A stretch of DNA of 64,000 nucleotides from Lepidodermella squamata. Taxonomy: Eukaryota > Animalia > Gastrotricha. Each line of letters starts with the position of its first letter. Position 1 is the stretch's first letter. Position numbers and translations under genes: made by a program. The stretch is from positions 1,116,001 to 1,180,000 of the forward strand of contig JBLDXI010000031.1 of the NCBI GenBank assembly GCA_047495785.1, written 5' to 3'. The notes beneath the pieces are model-generated. The model ran no database searches and had not been told where the DNA came from. It saw only the letters and a program-made list of their open reading frames with translations. This document shows positions 59,101 through 64,000 of this stretch, piece after piece.

Positions 59101-61789
59101 CTCGGTTTCTCCGAAAATTGAAGCGCTATTGGGTCGTCCTTGCCGAAAGCGGGTACAAATCGGGTGATGTACAGCGTATCATGCTGTTTCGGCATGTAAA
59201 AACTCTCCTCGCCCAAATCCATCCATTCGACATCCGCCTCGGTCTCACTGAGAACGGCCATATCGCCCTCTCCTTCGTCTTCGGTCGAATCGTGAAGAGC
59301 CATTAGATCGGTTTCTTTCTCCGAGGCGCACGGGTTTGTCGCAGGGTGGATCAGTTTTAGAACGCTAAGCATAACCAGCGATGCTCGAGCGTCGCCGGAT
59401 GCTTTTCCGCACAGCGTGCGAGCGACGTATCGGTTGCATTCGAGGAAATATTCGATTGATGTTGCACACTCTGGGTCGACTTCGTTCGGATTTTTCGTGT
59501 TGTTACTTGCGATTGCTTGGCGGGGGTTTCGTTTCAATTTTCGCTTGCATTGCGCGTCGATAGTTGGCTGAATTCCGGCCAAGCATCCGAAATTTACCTA
59601 TGAAGCATTGGAGGAATATTTTTTAATTAATTTTTTTTATATATTGAAAAATATTGCTGGGAAATTCATAAGGATAGAAAGGTTTTCACATAAATTTAAC
59701 ATTTTTTCTTAATGCTTTTGGGACATTTTTTTATTTTATGGCGTGTTTCCTAAAATATCCCTGATTTAAGCTCAATTGATCGCCATTTTTCTTCGATAAT
59801 TGAGACTTTTTATATATTTTTTTGAAATGTATGAAATCTAAATAAAATCGTTTCTTAAAAAATAGTTTTAGAAAGTTGAGCTTTACCTTTGCGTAATTAT
59901 GTGCCTGGCAATAGGAATCGCTAGCTTGGCGTAGATTTTTGGATTGTTCGTCAAAATCGCGAATAAAGGCATCAACAACCGGCATTTCGCACAGCTGTCG
60001 AATAAGCGACGTACACGTATTGACCGTATTCACCAACCCGCAAAAATAGTGAATAACATTTCGAAATCGCTTCTCAAGATCTGTCTCACTTTCTTGTTGT
60101 ACGTTGAGCGTATACAGCCGTATTGCAACCACGTAATTCTCCATTAGCCTCGAACAGCGCGAGAAAATTTTGCTAGATGCGTCCAAATCACATTTTTCGG
60201 TCGTTGTTTTCGGACTTGGTGGCTTGGTTTCTGCAAAATCCAAAACTCATCAATGTTCAAAGTTGATAAGAAAAATTCAAAAATTGAAAACTCAAATTGA
60301 AAATTTTTAAAACCTGAATTTTAGAAAATTTGAGGTTTGAATTTGAATTTTCAATTAAAACTTTCAGAATATGTTGAAAAATGAAAAAGTTGAAAATTGG
60401 AATTTTACATTATTTCTTTTGCATGAACTCACCTTGGCCTAAAATTGAGGAAGCTTGGCCTAAAATGCCAAATAAAAGGAAGTGAAGTCTCATTTTATCG
60501 CAAAAATAACTCGATTAAATTCTGATGAGAAATTCTTGATTTAAAATTTCATTTTTATTCGATTTTTGCGTGATGAGTGATGATAATAATATTTCTATAC
60601 ATTTCATATCGCACAGGCGCTGCATCTGCTGTACCAGCTGTTAATGAGCCCGGCGCTGTCGCAGTCAGGCGGCGAGTTGACACAGCGCTTCTACGCCGCG
60701 CTGTACGCGAAACTGCTCGATCAGGACATTCTGAGCACGAGCACGAAATTACATGTGCTATTCAACGTGTTGTTCCGCGCGCTCAAGGCCGACGAAAATA
60801 TCTCGCGAGTGCGCGCCTTCGTCAAACGAATCCTACACATCGCCGCTGCTCACACGCCCTGCGTCGCAGCCTCGGTTCTCTACCTGATTTCAGAGCTGCG
60901 GAAAACCAAACCCGCCATTCTATCGAACGGGGTCAGTTTCGACGAGGAGGACGATGAGAAATCGGATGAGAAGCTGAGTGAGGAAGATCTGAGGCGGAAG
61001 GGCGCGAGGTACGACCCGTTGTATCGAAACCCGCTCTACGCCAATGCGACTGTTGATTCGATTTGGGAGTTGACCCTCTTCATCGACCACTACCACCCGT
61101 CTGTTCAGGTGTTTGCGAAGCAGCTTCGCGATGGCAAATCAATCGACTATGACGGCGATCCGCTGGCTGATTTCACGCTAGCCCGCTTCTTGGACCGATT
61201 TATCCACCGGAAACCGAGGGCGGACAATACGGAGAAATTAACGGCTGATGATGCGGAAAATGAGTTGTTCAAATCGTTTGACCAGGCCGCTTCCGCCTCG
61301 AAGGGCGAGTCGGAGAAATCGGTTGAAAAATCGAAAAATCAGCGGGATAAAAAGTCGAAGGGGAAAATGGATCTTGACGTGTCTGATTCCGAGTTTGACG
61401 CGTTTTTGGAGCAGCACGAGGACGAATTGTTGGATGAAATGTCGGATTTGGATGCGAATGAAGATGATGAAAATGTTGATGATGACGAATTTGTTGAAGA
61501 ATTGCCGTCTCCGGCTAAAAAGAGCCGAAAATCCGTGGATGAGGAGGACGAGGAAGAGGATGGCGAAGATTCTGATGATGAAGATGATTTTTCAGATTTT
61601 GACGACGAGGACGTCATGTCTGTTGACGATGAAAATGACGATGGTATGGCGTTGTTTGAAGATAAGGAGGATAGTGATGTTTCTGAGGCTGAAAATGCCG
61701 ATTTTTCGGACGATGACGATGATGGAAAAAATAAGAAGAAACGTGGCCAGTACACGTTTAGAAACGGGAAGAAGGTTCAGGTGCGATGA
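56198..61789 (+). CDS. CEBPZ: CCAAT/enhancer-binding protein zeta / NOC1 / Mak21; exons 56198-56299, 56523-58148, 60617-61789
   Basis: GTSADRMAAL, VQESPVHNL, LVNKFGDP, HPMMKGVVV, RAQYYAVCFL, RFYAALYAKL, YDPLYRNP, HYHPSV and GDPLADFTLARFLDRF motifs. Confidence 0.93.
58605..60493 (-). CDS. Nested antisense gene: secreted Cys-rich, mucin-stalk, C-terminally anchored protein; 3 exons
   Basis: Signal peptide MRLHFLLFGILGQASSILG, two Cys-containing helical units, a T/S/E-rich stalk and hydrophobic C-terminus LILVLLICMII. Lies within CEBPZ intron 2. Confidence 0.75.
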
Positions 61790-61930
61790 AAAACTGCTCA
61801 AAATTTTTAAAATTATGTTGTTGCTGCTGCTGAAAAAAATCATAAAAAATGTGCAAATTCTAATTTAATTCTCTGAATTTTTCTAGATTTTTTAATATAA
61901 TTATTGGCGATTTTTTCCGATTTTTTTTTA

Positions 61931-62890
61931 ATGGCGCCGAGGAAAAGTGCCGGGTCGGTGTTTATGCCGGTAAGTTGGTTTGTTTGAATTTTTGAATTTT
62001 TTCACTATTTTTTGTTCTGCAGACCAAAGTGAAGCGATTGATGCAGGCTGACAAAGAAGTTGGCAAAATGGTGGCCGAAGTGCCGATTTTGATGGCGTGT
62101 GCCGTTGAAATGCTGCTTGCCGACATTCTGAAGGCGGCTAATTCTATTCGGTTGCAAGGCACAACAAAACTTCTCACTGCCGCCCATTTGTAAGTTCCGT
62201 AGCCAAAAAATATTTAATTTTCGATTTTTGATCATTATTTTTCCATTGGTACGAAGACTTTATTATGAATCCCAGATTTTTAGCTGTCAGATTTCATTTT
62301 TGAAAAGTTATACATAGCCGATTTAAACTTGGAGGATTAGAGATACCTTCTTAAGATCTTTTGATAACTCATCATTTTCTCTGTTTTGTGGGTTGATTTA
62401 AAAATCCTTACCATCATGATTCTAAGCTAACGAGCTCAATTTTTCAAGTTTTACGCAAGGTTTAAATTCTATTTACGAATTTTCGTTTAGAGAGCAAATA
62501 ATGAACCAAAATCCAGAATACGTCGCAGTTCGACCTCCGCTGAACAGCAACTCAATCCCCCTGCACCCGCACGAATTCATCGCGAAATACAGCAAGCAGT
62601 CGTACGCGAATATGCTTCAGCAGCAACAACAGCAGAAACAGCCCGGTTTCGACCCCGCCCTCGGCCACATGCAACAGGTCGCCTACGGCCAGGTCGGCAC
62701 AACCAACCCGATGATAGCCGGAACGACGACGCACATGACGCTGCCGGGCGTGGGCGGTCCTCTCGGCCAGCTGGGCCTGGCGCGAGGAGGCATGGTCAAC
62801 ATGATGAATATGAGTAACAGCAATGACGATGAGGACGACGAGGGCGCGTCGGATGACGACCAGGACACGGACGATGATGATGCGGCGTGA
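61931..62890 (+). CDS. DRAP1: Dr1-associated corepressor (NC2 alpha), 3 exons
   Basis: FMP|TKVKRLMQADKEVGKMVAEVPILMACAVEMLL...LTAAHL histone-fold signature and an acidic tail. Confidence 0.85.
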
Positions 62891-63585
62891 TTGCTCAATT
62901 TTTTCTGTCTTATTGCGGCTTTCACATCTTTCAAGCAAGCGCTGCTACGTGTTGTAAATATGTATGATAAATATAATATTACTATCATTACTAATATTAT
63001 GAATTACTTATACCTACGCGTTTGTTTGTTGTTTCTACTTGTTCGTTCGAAAACGAGAGCATTCTGCAAGACTGGGATTTTTTCGAAAAATCCGGATAAT
63101 TATGGGAGATTAATTTATTTTTAGTATAATTTCAAGCTTTAGGCTTAGAGTTTTTCCAAACCTTCTGATTTTCGAAAAATTTAAATAATTAGAAAAAATT
63201 CCTTTGTTTTTAGGAGAAGTTTCTCCTCAAATCCTCTCGTTGTATTAAAAATCCTTGAAATACGAGGATTTCTTTACGATTTTTATTTGATATTCCGTAA
63301 TTTTTCAAAAATGAATTCGGTAAAAATTCATTTTCCGGTTGAAAAATCCAAAAGTTTATAGTGGAATGCTCTCGTATGACGCATCATACCGATAATATTA
63401 TATAATTACCAAGAGCTCTTACCAATATAAAACTACATACTTGAATGCTAAACAATACTGTGACGTCTGATACCACAAGTTATGTCTCGTTTTTTCGTTT
63501 TTTTCAACGGATTTTGCCTATTAAATGAGAGAAAAATTACCGTAATTTCTTCTTATTTATTTTATAGATTTTTTGTTGTTAAAAA

Positions 63586-64000
63586 ATGGCTTCCTCTTCC
63601 CGTCCACGGCTCGGCGCAGGGTTGGCCAAAAACGACAATCGAGCCGTTTTGGACGAATATCAGCAGTGGCAAGAAGAGAAACGGAAGCAGAAGGAACTGC
63701 TGAAGGTGTCTGAATCTATCGAAGAAAAACGCGCCCGTCGACTGGCGAAAAAGGAGGCGAAAGAGCGCAAACGCCTCAAAGAAATGGGCTGGGACGAGGA
63801 GTACATGGGCTACTCGAATTTTGACAACCCCTTCAACGATCAGCAACTTCTAAAGCCGTTTATGTGGCAGAAGAAGAATGAAAAGTTGAAGACTGAAAAG
63901 CAGTTGCGGGATGAAGAAATCGAGCGGAAACGCACGGAAGATCTTGAGAAGCATCGGCACGAACTCGAGCGGGTGAAGCAGCGTCGCCTCGACTGGGAAA
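63586..64000 (+). CDS. CACTIN: Cactin (spliceosome factor), N-terminal part, runs off window
   Basis: EEKRARRLAKKEAKERK...MGWDEEYMGYSNFDNPFND..L..PFMW.KK signature. Confidence 0.9.
   Translation, partial: MASSSRPRLGAGLAKNDNRAVLDEYQQWQEEKRKQKELLKVSESIEEKRARRLAKKEAKERKRLKEMGWDEEYMGYSNFDNPFNDQQLLKPFMWQKKNEKLKTEKQLRDEEIERKRTEDLEKHRHELERVKQRRLDWE

Noticed and set aside
61248-61868. 206-aa Met/Arg-rich alternative ORF
   Set aside because: Off-frame reading of the GAT/GAA-rich acidic CEBPZ tail.
61931-62890. Functional link between host NC2-alpha (a TBP regulator) and the Maverick TBP
   Set aside because: DRAP1 is ~49 kb away among housekeeping genes; the proximity is most likely coincidence.

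Overview
Eukaryotic (invertebrate animal) genomic DNA with compact ~50-60 nt spliceosomal introns. The first ~13.4 kb is the right arm of a Maverick/Polinton-like endogenous dsDNA virus. It encodes the major capsid protein C-terminus, an adenain-like protease, an A32-like packaging ATPase and a protein-primed PolB with vOTU-like and VSR-like domains. The ORF track makes these genes look fragmented, but I could reconstruct 13 GT-AG introns that restore the frames and catalytic motifs, 8 of them in the polymerase. The element also carries an unusual accessory set: a divergent TATA-binding protein, a PC4-like ssDNA-binding/coactivator protein, a deoxynucleoside kinase, a small glycoprotein and a GC-rich protein with a duplicated, possibly histone-fold-like domain. 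It appears to have inserted into a NOF/Mutator-like transposase. The rest is host sequence: a pseudokinase-ankyrin gene, a Penelope fragment with a minimal hammerhead ribozyme, GTSF1, a 3x Kunitz protein, a FERM protein, NXF1 (with its conserved 110 nt/long intron/37 nt cassette), a matrin-ZnF RS protein, calpain-7 plus an MIT-less duplicate, an orphan gene pair, CEBPZ/NOC1 with a nested antisense gene, DRAP1 and Cactin. All assignments come from motif recognition by eye; no database searches were run.
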